From: Marsupella aquatica
Taxonomy: Eukaryota > Plantae > Marchantiophyta
Direction: 5' to 3'
DNA length: 64,000 nt
Assembly: GCA_973895155.1 (NCBI GenBank)
Contig: OZ316892.1
Coordinates: 1-64,000, forward strand
Both the position numbers and the translations under genes were made by a program. The notes beneath the pieces were generated by a model. It did not search any database. It was not told the DNA's origin and saw only the letters and a list, made by a program, of their open reading frames with translations. Positions 25,327 through 37,748 of this stretch are shown one piece after another (within the stretch, counting starts at the first letter, position 1; each line of letters begins with the position of its first letter).

Positions 25327-27750
25327 ATAGTTCACATTTTGACCCGAAGCTGCCCTGACGAGATGTCAAGATCTCTCTGGTTTGAGAGTCGAATGACGGA
25401 TTGTGAATGAGTGAGTTGACAAAGATCCACAAATGATTTTTGACCTGAAACGACTTCACCATCATGTGAGCCTTCCGAATCATAATGAAGTCCTTCCAAA
25501 ACATCAAACACATTAGTCTTCAGGATGTCAAAGTGTTCCCTGAAGAGCTTCTCGGTTTCCTCTTCAAATTTAGTTGCTGCAAACTTCCGAGCAAGTTTGA
25601 GCATCTGCCGTACATTATCTACTCCTAATCGTTGGCAAAGCTCAGCCTCGCAAAACTCAGCGTCGATGATTAATTAGCATCTAGAACAAATTGGAAGGGA
25701 TATCTAGTGAAGGCCGATCGCGATGTAGCAGTGATGACAAAACAACGTTGTAGGTCCTGTTTGGAGGCCAATTCAACGACAGTGGTTTGTATCAGCCCAT
25801 CAAAAGCGGAATAATGATCAGCGGAGGTTAACTATTTTTGTAAATTTGTAGCAGGTCCTAGTACAGAACCATAGTGCTGAAAGTTGCCCTTTCTTTCCCG
25901 GGGGGACATTTATGACAGGACGTGATTGTTTCTCTCACCTAGAGATAGCCGATGGCATCACAATCGCTCTGGTGCTCCAGCCAAGCACAGCTCCTTGTTC
26001 CCAGAGCTACTGTCCAGAGTGCAAACTTACGTCGTGGCAGTCCTAGTGTGAACCAACCTTGATCAGGCCCCAAGAAAGCTGACAGAGCGGCTACATATTG
26101 AGGCTTGATTCCAAGCTATGCAAATCTTGCACTTATGTGAGCATGCTTTGTCCCAGATGGGAACTCTGCCCTCTGGGTCCGGCCCCGTAGCACCTGCTTG
26201 TCCCAGCTGTTTATCGAACTGTCCCCATTGCCCATTTGATCCGGCACTGTACAGCTGTAGCCCCTTTTCCTCCTTGCCCCCGCACTTTCGAATTGCAGCT
26301 CGAATGAATGTGCACCGACTGAGCAGCCAGGTGGATCAAATCAGCTTTAGTATTATGTCAGTCTTTGCCTGCTGTTGCTCCCTTTGGCTCAGCATCCAAA
26401 GCTGCTGACTACCTCGGGCTTGTTTGATAGTAGGTAGGCATGGGGTCACTGCGAGTTGTTGTACTGTCCTGTATACTTTAGTGGCGCACCTCCTACCGAA
26501 GTATCATGTCTTTCCCCTGCTCAAATCGGCTAAGGTTCTGTACCATAGCATCCGTCTATCATCGGTATCAAGTTCTAATCACATTGGCTTGCTACAACAT
26601 TACTCCGACAAGTCTCAGTGACCCAACAGCATCGCGATCCCTAACTACTCCGCCAAATTTTCCAAAGCTCAGCACAGTATTGACTTTATACGTGACCTCT
26701 TAAGCAAACCATTCATTCCTGTAGACTCAAGCAACCGATGCTCAGAGTCTCATCGCCTTCGCAGATCATTGGGGGGCAACAAACCACCGGCAGCACTTGA
26801 GAGATAGAAGGGATGCATGCCGACGCGGGAGCTCAATCACCACTGAACAGCCCCGCCTGGCATCACCATTCTCTGGCTCGTGGGGTCCCGCCTTCATTTC
26901 TTCATCGTTTTGCTTCTCGTTGGACTATCGCAGCTTGAGTTTTTCAATTGGGCTTGTTACCAGTCTTGTCGTCTTGAGCTTCATCGAGGAGTCTCTAACA
27001 TGTGTACTTGTCGCTCGTCTGGTTAGATCGACTTTGTATCGACTGCTGCTGCCAACAGATCCTTGTGGTGAGTTCTCCCTTCTCTAGTTCGAATGTAATA
27101 TCTTCCCTCCATTCTGTTGTGCCTCCCCCTAGAGTCCTGTGGGCAGGATAGAGATGGATCCTCCGAGCTTGTATAGGAGGAGAGATTGATGGACAATGGT
27201 TCAATTAGCAAAGAGGCGATTTGATCGCATGCGTAAGTATGCAGAGAATGATGTCATTGTCCCGGCGAAGTTAAAAGAGTTTCTGAACGCAGAGCAAGGT
27301 GAAACCGAGGTTACATTGGGTGATGCCGAGAAAATCATCAATGAGCAGATGGCTCACGAGAATACGATATTGATGAAAGCGAAGCACTCCTTCACATTGG
27401 ATGCATTCCTCCGGTACCTTCTCGACCCGGTTGTCAACATTGCTTACTTAAACAAGGTGAGACGAAACTAGACGCGTCAATTTTTCCGTTTCTCATGTCT
27501 CGAGTAAGGCACGAATTAGAGTGGAGCCAATCCAGTACTTCACGGTGAATTCTAGCACACTATTGTGGCTGCGGTAGTCGGCAGATCGGTGCAGATTGAC
27601 TTGTGTGTTCCGACAATGAGTGATTCTATAAAGCTGTGAAGAGGGTCTATATATGGCGGATCTTTATAGGTACGGATGGCTCATAGGCAGTTTTGTTGAC
27701 TTTCGTGGTCGGAAGCTGCCTTCAATCTGTCCCGAGATAAGGCTGAGAAA
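25327..27750 (+). repeat. Segmental duplication copy B (paralog of 903-3975)
   Basis: Direct alignment by eye; B-specific inserts at about 26408-26570 and 27585-27625. Confidence 0.95.
27196..27457 (+). pseudogene. Phosphoinositide-specific phospholipase C N-terminal EF-hand-like exon fragment
   Basis: KYAENDVIVPAKLKEFLNAEQGE...DAEKII...FTLDAFLRYLLDPVVNIAYLNKV is typical of plant PI-PLC. It ends at an AAG|GTGAG donor and no X/Y catalytic exons follow. Confidence 0.8.
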
Positions 27751-28461
27751 TGCTTGCCATATTCAGGGGAAACTAGGTTCTCATTGTGTGTAAATTAAGG
27801 CTTCAAGAAAAAATGACTAGTCTTGAGGGCTATAGTTCAATTTTATTGATCATTGATCTGAGGTTTTGTCCTTCTTCTACATTGCAGGATGTTGTGCATC
27901 TATAGTGAGAAATAATTATATCTCGTCATTGAGTTTGATGACCTGGACTTCAAGAGGCATGGACTTCTCCCCACATTTTGAAATTACATTCTGGTGGGTG
28001 CAATAGGTCCAATTTATATGTGTGGTGCAACGTTACATTGAAAAACCTCAATTGGTGCTTCTACTAGAGCAAGGTTGAGGTGAGCCGGGGAGTTGGAGTT
28101 TCTATCTAATCTTTGCAATTCATATTTCAATGAGATCTGTGCAGACACATTGACCGTGTATTTTTCTACAAGTTTTATTCTTCAAAAATCCAAAAAATGA
28201 CATTTCCACAACCCACTCAAGTAAGTAACATAATATCTATTTTTTTCAATCATTTTTAAAAAAATTATTAATATAATAGACATTATGGATTTAAGTAACT
28301 AAAAAATATTATATTATTACAAGTTTATATTAATTTTTTAATCAAAATTCTGATTGGTAATAAATATTTACTATATTTAATAGTGTAACAGTTTTATTTA
28401 AAAAGTTTGGAAAACAATTTGATTAGTACTGACACAAAAATGCAAATTGACAATTTTGCAG

Positions 28462-29838
28462 ATGCTCCATAAACGAAGGGAGAGGAGAAAAAATGAAAAT
28501 AAATTTCATGAATATGGCGCCGAATTTTCTATCATAACATTTTGTTCAATATGGGATTATCTAAGCAAATTATGTGAATCTAAACAACAATTTATTTTAT
28601 ATTGGATTTTAAAAAATGAAAATATTTTTGTATATTTTGTTACACACATTTTACAAATAAATGTGTCCAATTTTTCAAGAGCTAAATTTTTGAATGGGTA
28701 TAACAACTGCAGAAGTGCAATTTCACCAATTCTCCCTCTTCAAACACTTCAACAAACCGAGAAAATCTTTCATCATCATCAACAGAGACAAAAATTGCCT
28801 CCACTATTGAAAAAATTCATGGGAAAATTTCACATCCTTAACCTATCCCAACTCCGTACCTTACAAGTAGAGAGGGTAGCTTCTTGTAAAGTTGACAATA
28901 CATTCTCTTCAACACAAGTAGAAGTGCAACAAATATCAAAATCACAACTGAAAAAATTGACTGGAGTGATAATGGGAAATTGGAATGAAGACATGACTAA
29001 AACCAATCATAGTAATCTTACATTCACATTTGAGCGTTATCCATCAAATTTTCTAGTGATAGAGAAATCTGAAAATATTGTTTACTTTTACGATAAGTCA
29101 GGGAAAAAGCCTTGGCTTGTAGCAATGCTTATGCACCAACAAATATTGGGAGTGACAACATTACAATTCATTCGAAAACTTTTGAGTGCATTGTTTGTTG
29201 CTCATTCTCCATTTCAAAGAGGCGAGGGGAAAAAAGCTTTTGACAGCTTCATGACAGGATATGGTCCTTGGAATAGCAGTTACATGGGTGGCCGTTTGAC
29301 TTATTACACACACCAGAAGAAGATGAATACCATTTTCGATGATTGCCTTGATGTCAAAGATTTTGAGAAGTGGATCGATAAATATTCACATATTGAACTT
29401 ATGGATATTATATTGGGGCTTTATATGTGGTGGTGCCCAGAGATGATAGAGTGTTTTTTGGAATACTCTCATCCGTACTTACTATCATCTGATCGTGACA
29501 AATATCATGGAAGTGAAGAGCAGATAGGGGAGAATGTTAGACCTAGTACTTACCAATTATATATAAGTGAGGATTATTGTGTGCAAACACATGCTGATGA
29601 TGATGCAACTGACTTCACCTTAGCGTATGCTAGTCATCCTGACCATTTCCTTTCAGCAATCGATTTTGTAATTCCAGAGTATGGAATTCGATTGCCAATT
29701 AGAGATGGAAATCTATTTGCATTTCGGAGCGATGTTGTTCATGGTACAGGCTTTAGAATGAAAACATCGAATCCTGCATATGTTGGAGCTATTACCGTGA
29801 ATAAAAACCTCAGCAGACTGATGCAAAAATTACATTAA
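28462..29838 (+). CDS. TET/JBP-like Fe(II)-dependent dioxygenase, paralog 1 (458 aa)
   Basis: Intact ORF. C-terminal double-stranded beta-helix signature QLYISEDYCVQTHADDD (HxD, His 29590) ... FVIPEYGIRLPIRDGNLFAFRSDVVHGT (distal His 29740). The ATG follows TTTTGCAG; putative intron 28221-28461. The ORF is certain; the family assignment is motif-based. Confidence 0.72.
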   Translation: MLHKRRERRKNENKFHEYGAEFSIITFCSIWDYLSKLCESKQQFILYWILKNENIFVYFVTHILQINVSNFSRAKFLNGYNNCRSAISPILPLQTLQQTEKIFHHHQQRQKLPPLLKKFMGKFHILNLSQLRTLQVERVASCKVDNTFSSTQVEVQQISKSQLKKLTGVIMGNWNEDMTKTNHSNLTFTFERYPSNFLVIEKSENIVYFYDKSGKKPWLVAMLMHQQILGVTTLQFIRKLLSALFVAHSPFQRGEGKKAFDSFMTGYGPWNSSYMGGRLTYYTHQKKMNTIFDDCLDVKDFEKWIDKYSHIELMDIILGLYMWWCPEMIECFLEYSHPYLLSSDRDKYHGSEEQIGENVRPSTYQLYISEDYCVQTHADDDATDFTLAYASHPDHFLSAIDFVIPEYGIRLPIRDGNLFAFRSDVVHGTGFRMKTSNPAYVGAITVNKNLSRLMQKLH

Positions 29839-30745
29839 AATTATTGTGTAGATGTGCTCTCCCGGGGCAAGCTGAGAGCGCTTGGAGGGGCTACTCAAAG
29901 TGGTGAGTGCTCGTAGGGTGGAGATGACACCATGGTCATTTTGGATTTAGCCTGGTCATCATTATATTTGGTATTGAAATTCAGATTCTGACATCATTTT
30001 AGCGATTCTTTCAAGAAGAGTAAGGGTTTGGCATAATCTCGTTGAAAAATGGAATGTTGTCATCATGACTTTGCAATATTGGGCATGTTGAGGTGTGAAA
30101 GGTAAGGCATGTTACTTGTTATGGGGGTGATATATTGAAATGCGGAGGTTTTGCAAGATAGAAGAACTCAAATAAATCAAGTCAAAGGTGGAATTGACAT
30201 GATCAGCACACGTACCCTTGAGAGTAACAAACACTTTGATGATGAGGCACCAACCACAAGTTGCAAACCCCAAAGGACAAGGGTGGGTGTGGATGTCCGG
30301 AAAATGGTCTTATTCTTGTGGGGTTAGTGGTATGCATTCATTGTATGACTTTGTAGAAGAAACATACAGGCAACTTCACCTTGTTTAGTAAATCACCCTT
30401 ATTGGGCTCGTTACTTGCTTCCCATGGGCTGAAGATACAACTGTAGAGATTCTATATAGGTGGGCATCCAAACTCATCAAGGGCATAGTTACACTTGATT
30501 TGCGTGAACACCTCCAGTCATCAAATTATTGAATGTTGTCCAAACTAATCTTCTAAGCCATTTTGGTTTGCCATGACACAACCCATGCAGACCATTGAAA
30601 TAAGCACATGTGAAACTGATTTTTTTGAATACCCTGTCTGATTCTTGTAGGCCCGCTTGTAGGTCCATTACAAGGAGAGTGAATTGCAGAATTGGCCATT
30701 GTTTCTAACGGGTCTGGAAGGCTTGACAAGGTTAGTACATCTTAA

Positions 30746-31395
30746 CACTTGCATTTTATGATTGACATGAGGGCATTCCAGCACTCATGTTGCAAGGCAG
30801 GGGGCTGTTTCACCTGGATTCAATTATGATAAGAATTACATATAAAAGTAGTTCTAAAGGAAGAATTAAATTCACATCCTTTATTGCCTCCTATTATTTT
30901 CACCTTCCCATGTACTTGTTTCGTCTTAGGGTATCACAATATTTCTGGGGGCGGTGGTGGTTGGAAAAGGTTGGCACATTTTGACACTTGCATTTAACAA
31001 TTGAGATAAGGGCATTCCGGCACTCATGTTGCAAGGCAGGGGGCTGTTTGACCCGGAGTCAATCATACAAAAATTATATATAAAAGTAGAAAGAAAAAAA
31101 ACCAAATTCACATCCTACATTTCCTCCTACTGTTTTCCCTCTCCTGCTTGTTTCTATTATGGTATCATATTATTTCTAAAGAAGGAGGGGGGCAGCTCAA
31201 AAAAGTTAATATATCTTGACACTTACATTTTAATGATTGAGATGAGGGCATTCCGGCACTCATGTTGCAAGGCAGGGGGCTGTTTGACCCGGACTCAATC
31301 ATACAAGAATTACATATAAAAGTAGAAAAGAAAAACCAAATTCACATTCTACATTTCCTCCTACTATTTTCACTTTCTTACTTGTTTCTATTATA
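30746..31395. repeat. Tandem repeat of about 235-240 bp, 3 copies
   Basis: GGGCATTCC.GCACTCATGTTGCAAGGCAGGGGGCTGTTT at about 30771, 31010 and 31246. Confidence 0.9.
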
Positions 31396-34027
31396 GTTGT
31401 AGTTTGCCAGAGAGAACCAAAAGCACACTTTTATGTCTCTAAACTTTTATGAACCCTAAAGTTCCACTGACCATTTGTCTTATGAATCTATACAACACAG
31501 CGGTGTTATATGAATTCACATGGTCCGAGAATTCCCAAGATTACAGGGATTTATGAAAATATACATTTTGACTAGGATGACAAAGATTTAGAGTAAAGAA
31601 TTCTTTATTTTCACACAAAGTGCATTTTGGAATGACATGGGAGTTTAAAAGTTTACATGGATATCCTCTACGAATGCATGATTCTTTCAACATCCCATCC
31701 GAGCTTATGACTCTTTTTGGTCTTTCGCCGTGGTTTAAAAAGCAAAAGCCAACGCCCGCTGAATGACTCCCTTTTTGCTAAAAGACGTTAAAACAAAAGC
31801 TCAATTTAGTCAATTGACACATTAGCTGTCCGCTATAAAGTTGGATTGCACGACATCACGAGTGACGTGTTTACCATGTTTTGGGAGCTATTCCTTCACA
31901 GTAGCTGTAACCTTCTCCCAAGCCTGGTGGGTTGTGTTGTTGAGAGATCGCTACTACTACAGTACTCGTTCTGTTGACGGACGATCAGCTGGGCAGGAAA
32001 GCAAGGAGCGATACAAATCAGACTTTGAGATTTGTAACTCGATTCTGACCTCTGTGTCAATTAGTAACATTTGGCAGTACTATCTGCGGGTTTCCTTCTC
32101 AAGCTATCACCAATGGAGAAATCGAGTCGTTGGTCAGTCTGTTTTACTGGACCATTGCACCTTCATTCGCCGGTGCCCCATGATCAGAAACCAGCGTCAA
32201 TTGTATCAGAATTTGTGAAATCAAGATCTAAAGTGCCTTGGTCCTCTTAAAGCGACAGGTTGCCAACCAGCTTTCATAGCAGATCGGAAGGAAAAATTGA
32301 ACTAAGTCTGCCTCACTGAAGGTGCATGTTTACGGATTTTACACGTCTTGCCTCTACCACTTCTGTTGACATTTTGTCCTAGCTCAGTGACTGAGGTAGA
32401 CTTGTGATGATATCCGAAACTCTATGTTAAGTGTATGCGGAAAAGAGATAGTCCTATGAATATCTTAAGAACGTCCTTGAACTAAAGGACATGAGGGGCA
32501 TTTTGACTAAAGCTTTGTACAGATCATTTAGAGTAGGTCCATATCAATAGACATAAGTTTACGGCTGGAGTTAGTAGCCATTCGGATTAATACAACACGG
32601 CACCTTAGGCATACTCCAAATCCCACCTTGTAATTTTACTGGAGACCCCAGTTTTGATCAGGTTGACGGCACTTTGTCTAGCTACTCAATTGATTCAGAG
32701 CCCTACACCAGCTTGCCAATTTGTGATGGCATAAATGAAGGAATTTTGCGTCCTCATCGGCCGCTGCAGTCTAGCTCGTCTACCAGCAAGACAAGCGCGA
32801 ACCATACTTACACCAATAGGTTCAGATCCATGATTTAGGAAAATAACCTTTTTTGGGAAGCGTTCGCGGCACCAGATGGGACCCGGCCCCATGCCTATCG
32901 ATCTCATGAGTGCCTCTGTAATTATTTGCCTTGTTTTGAGCAGTCACTTACATAATCGTACTGTCTGGAGTCTCCAGACAAGAAGTTTTGTTTGATTTGC
33001 CTTGTTTTGAGCTGAGGCAAGAATCGTACCCACATCTTAATTTCAATGAAGAGCAGATTGAGACTCTGCAATAATACTGCAAGAAGTCGCCCACGTACGA
33101 AAGGTTGTTCTGAAATTGGCTAGTGACCGAGTTCCAGTAATAATGATTCAACTTAGATTACAAACGTTATAGACGAGGAGAGAAGTAGTTTTCACCGCAT
33201 TCTGCAGACCACGACCGACCTAATCTGAAACGTCGAGGCTCTTATTCACAATGAGGAGTAATCCCCAAAATCAGGCAGCTTGAAATCTGAAACCTTGGAT
33301 AATAAGTGGGCTGCTATGGCAGTATAGTGTTGACAACACCTCAGAAACACAGACCTCTAAATCTTGTGGAGATGAAAGCACCGACTGATTTCTCACATGG
33401 TAAGGGACTCCATTAATCTTAATAAACGATCATGATATGGCCAGGAACTAAACTGTAGCAGAAGATAGTTTATTGCGTTGATCTTTATGCACCACCAAGC
33501 CAGTAGCATCTTCTAAACCAAGTCAACTGGATAGAAAGTCGGAATTAGGTCCAGAACATTATTTTGTAGCTAAACAAAAACAATTACGACACAGGAGCAC
33601 ATATCCACCATCATTTCTTATGTTTTCCTAAATTGCCATCTACAGAAAATATCGTAGATGTCCCTAGCCCTCATATGCAGAAGGCATTCACGAAATCACA
33701 TTCCATTTCCAATGACAAGAGCACAGCTTATAGGGAAGAGTACAACTGCAGCAGCTCGAAACAACCTAGACAGACATTGAAGGAGAAGTATTTCGCCCCG
33801 TACAGAGTGCGCATTTACACATTGGAGATTCGAGAAGAATTTTCATCTCGAAATACTTCACACTATTGTGTCATGTTGGTCATGCCAATTTGCACCTTGC
33901 TGCAAATGCATGGCTGGCTGCTGGCGCGGCCAAATAGAAAGGGGGAGTGTTGGGTAGACATTAGTCGTATGCGGGTGCTCATCTTGCTTTAAGATAGAGG
34001 CGATGGGGCAAGGGTAGGCGCTGAGGT

Positions 34028-34670
34028 ATGATTAACAAAATATCGAAGCGCCTGTCGATTTGCAACAAAGGGAGTAATGGGCCGAATGACCCCAATGAAC
34101 CAGGATCTGTAGGCGCCTCAACAACTGGAGGGGTTGGACCTGCAGCTCTGGCCCCAGCCCCGGCTGCTGCATATTTAGTTAATCTGCTGCGGGAGCTAGG
34201 GCTGCTGTAGGCCCCAGTAGCAGGAATAACGCTTTGATCAACGGCATCGGTACCCCAAGATTTGGACCAGGAAAGGAGAAGTTGTTACCAAACTTGACTC
34301 ACAATGGTTGAGGTCCCTTTTTCTATCCTCTGCCTGCTTTCAAAGACCTTCCAAATTTTGACAGGCAGAACTTGTTCATTAACAGCTCCATCTTTGCTGT
34401 TACACTTTTGACTTCACTGACCCGACAAAGAATGTCAATGACAAAGAGATTAAGAAGCAAACCTTAGTGGAGCTGATGGAAGATGCGACATCGGGAACAG
34501 GGAAGTTCACGGAGGCTGTGTTCGAAGATATCACCAAAATGCATGTAACAAGCCTGTTTCGTACGCTACCCCCCTCCTCTCATGAAAATACCGGAGTTGA
34601 TAACTTTGATCCCAAAGAGGAGGATCCAACCTTAGAACCGGCATGGCCCCATCTTCAAATACTGTACGAG
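34028..34670 (+). pseudogene. PP2A B' (B56) regulatory subunit 5' fragment
   Basis: PLPAFKDLPNFDRQNLFI / LCCYTFDFTDPTKNVNDKEIKKQTLVELME...LFRTLPP...DPKEEDPTLEPAWPHLQILYE, with a frameshift and stops; the rest of the gene is absent. Confidence 0.9.
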
Positions 34671-35189
34671 GTACGTATTTGAAGTCAATTTACAGGATAT
34701 CAATGAAGTCAAAAGCGGGCACTTCGGGTTTCAGCCCGGATCGCTCAGCTTGAGCATAGAATGCACTCAGTTACAGCAGTCAAATCTCTGTGGCTAGACG
34801 TACTACGAGTGCTGAATCTGCACTTCAATGTAGCCGCTTCGGTGAGCGTCCGAGGTCCACACTTTGAAGCATTCAGCTCCACTGGCGCACAATAAGAGGC
34901 ACGACAAATCTAATTACTTTTGAACAATCTAACTCTCTCAAAAGCGGGACTTCTAGGCAATGGATCATCAAGGTTTAATTCACTCTCCACAAGGTGCATG
35001 ATCTTGCAACTTGGTCAGCACACTCTTCGGTTCAATCCCCCCAAGACTTTGGGTCTGCTTAGCTTGGTCGGGATGCCCGATCCTACATCCTATTGTTATA
35101 TGTTGTTTCTTTGGCGTCTAGGTACCGTGGTTTCCCCATATGGATTGATCTGGGCCTTTCTCCCCTGACTCTCGGCCTTTGGCACTGAA

Positions 35190-35428
35190 GCAAAAGTTTT
35201 GGCCTTTTCTTGCCTCCTCAGCTCAACCTCCCCCTCTCACCCACCCCTTCCTGAAAGGAAAAAAAATTCACACATCAGGAGAGTCCGTAAAGCAGGTCAG
35301 TTGTAAGAAAGAGAAAAAGCTTAGCAAAAGTTTTGGCCTTTGATTGCCTCTCAACCTCCCCCTGCCACCCACCCTTCCCGAACGAAAGAAAAATTCACAC
35401 ATCAGGAGAGTCCGTAAAGCAGGTCAGC
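35190..35428. repeat. Tandem duplication of about 130 bp
   Basis: GCAAAAGTTTTGGCCTTT...AAAATTCACACATCAGGAGAGTCCGTAAAGCAGGTCAG occurs twice. Confidence 0.85.
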
Positions 35429-36963
35429 TTGTCAGCTGTAAGAGAGAGAAATATTGTTAGTATATAGGATTTATGTTGGCCCTATGAAGGTGGGTCAAAG
35501 GTGTGCATTGCGCCTAGCTAGGGTGCCTGTAAGACGCATGTGTAATGGTGGAATGCAATTCTATACATATTATTTTCGAGGCTAAGGGGGTGGGACAAGG
35601 TGGCTGCACAGAGCCTGTCATTATGTTATCAGTATGCTCATCATCTTTCCTCTCCAGCCTTCTGCTGCTATGCTTGGGAAGCCTGGGATTCCCTTTCGGG
35701 TTGTTATGTTGTTTTGGACTAAGATAATCCAATGAAGGTAAACGACAGAACAAGAAGATGATATTTCTAGGAGAAGCTCCGTGCATGCACAATGGGTTAA
35801 AGAGTGGAGATTCGGACACAGGAGGCCGGGGAGAAGGACCCTGAAAATCGGGAATCGGCAAAGGAAATGTAAACACAAGCAGCGTTGTGCTAGAGCAGCG
35901 GCCAGATTTGCTTCTTTAAATAGAAGGCAGTAGAAAGGGAAGGGGGGATGTAATCAAATTCGCGGCAGCTTCATTCGGTGGGCCACATTGGCTGACAATT
36001 GTTTTTTGAAACCGCGGACTTGAGATTTAGTTGGCTTCTATGTGCTGGGCACTTAAGATCGAGCTTGGAGCTTCAAAAGTAGAAATTGGGATGTATGAGC
36101 TGCAATTGCCAAAATGCGTATGAGCTGCAATTGCTAAACTGCGTCTTGTTGATTGATCACTCTACTATAGAGGCCGCCTTCAGTATATTGACCCCACGTC
36201 AGTACAGTGCTCGCTAAAATGATTAGAGACTACAAACATATAAAGACAAATAATGCCACTCAATTGACGACAATCTTTATTTTTGGTTCTTTTGTTTGTA
36301 CACCAACAACTGATTCATAGATCCACAATTTCATCATTATTGTAATGCAAGGTACACGGGCCGTACCAATCCGGCAGAAGTACATCTTGGTTCGTCTAAG
36401 CAACTATCCTTTCGTTCTCGGTTGACTAACCCCTATCTGCATTTCAGCGCACTGAGACCATTCTTGGTCCGTCTAAGGAACTATCTTCTTGCTCTCGCTT
36501 GACTAGTCCTTATCAGTATGTGCATCCACTGAGACATTGCTTGTGGAGAGAGCATTTGCTTTGAACTAGATCAAACAGAGTACTAAAGCTCTATTATTGA
36601 ACTTCAAGGAATTCTCGTGGTTCAAGCATCGTCAGAATGAGCTGAAAATTCAAATACAGCTCTGGAAATAAATGAGTAACAACATCAATTGACACAGCTG
36701 TGCATGTAACTCGGGCAACTGCAATGAACATTACTGAGAGCTAATAAGTCTTCTGAAGGACTAGATTTCACTTTTGTCAGCTGCGGCTAGGATGTTGTAC
36801 TTCTCCGCCCGGACCGCCCGGGTCTCCGCCTCTCTTGGGTGTGTTAGATATTTCTCTTCTTGTCGGTACTTGAGTCATTTGACCACCGGCATCAATGAAG
36901 GCAGCAACTGCAGCCATCGCTGCTCCGGCTCCCAGTCCCACAGGTATTCTGCCAGCTCTCAAG

Positions 36964-37214
36964 GCCTAGAATAGAACCAGCCAAAACAAACTTGAGAGGG
37001 GACAAAAACAGCAACCCTTAATCAGCGCTAACCTCTGTTAGGGTATATGCTCAAGCCTAGAATAGAACCAGCCAAAACAAACTTGAGAGAGACAAAAACA
37101 ACAACCTCTGTTACGTATATGCTCAAGCCTAGAATAGAACCAGCCAAAACAAACTTGAGAGGGGACAAAAACAGCAACCCTTAATCAGCGCTAGCCTTTG
37201 TTAGGTATATGCTC
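36964..37214. repeat. Tandem repeat, 3 copies (GCCTAGAATAGAACCAGCCAAAACAAACTTGAGAG)
   Basis: Directly visible. Confidence 0.88.
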
Positions 37215-37549
37215 CCAGCAGGGACATTACCTTGTTATTTTGGGGGGCGGTTTGTCTTTCTGGCTACTTTAATTAGCGGTGTTGTGCTGGGGATAACCGG
37301 GGACATAGATTGGTTAGGACAAGGCACTTGATACTCACTAGCATAATCTTAATTAAACTAACAAAACTCCACGAGGCAAGCATGACCTTCTTTCTCAGAT
37401 CAGGTTTAGGTAGCACGAAGTCACTACAATTTCTGCATGTGTAGCACAAGATTAATCATATATATACTACTAGTTAGCGGGGATCAATTGTACAGGCTTC
37501 ATTAGTATCTCACTTGGAATCAGACTTGGGTGGCATAATAGCGGTACAA

Positions 37550-37748
37550 TACTATGTGCTTCGGTAGCTTAATATGATCGATAGAGTTTGTACCATCGGC
37601 GAGAGGTGCTCGCCTACTATGTGCTTCTGTAGCTTATGATCGATAGAGTTTGTACCATCAGCAAGAGGTGCTCGCGGAGGTGCTCGCCTACTATGTGCTT
37701 CTGTAGCCTATGATCGATAGAGTTTGTACCATCAGCAAGAGGTGCTCG
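37550..37748. repeat. Tandem repeat, 3 copies (TACTATGTGCTTC.GTAGC..ATGATCGATAGAGTTTGTACCATC)
   Basis: Directly visible. Confidence 0.88.

Noticed and set aside
28447-28461. TTG start given by the ORF track for dioxygenase 1 (and TTG at 52024 for the helicase)
   Set aside because: Eukaryotic context; the in-frame ATGs at 28462 and 52000 fit paralog alignment and splice signals better.
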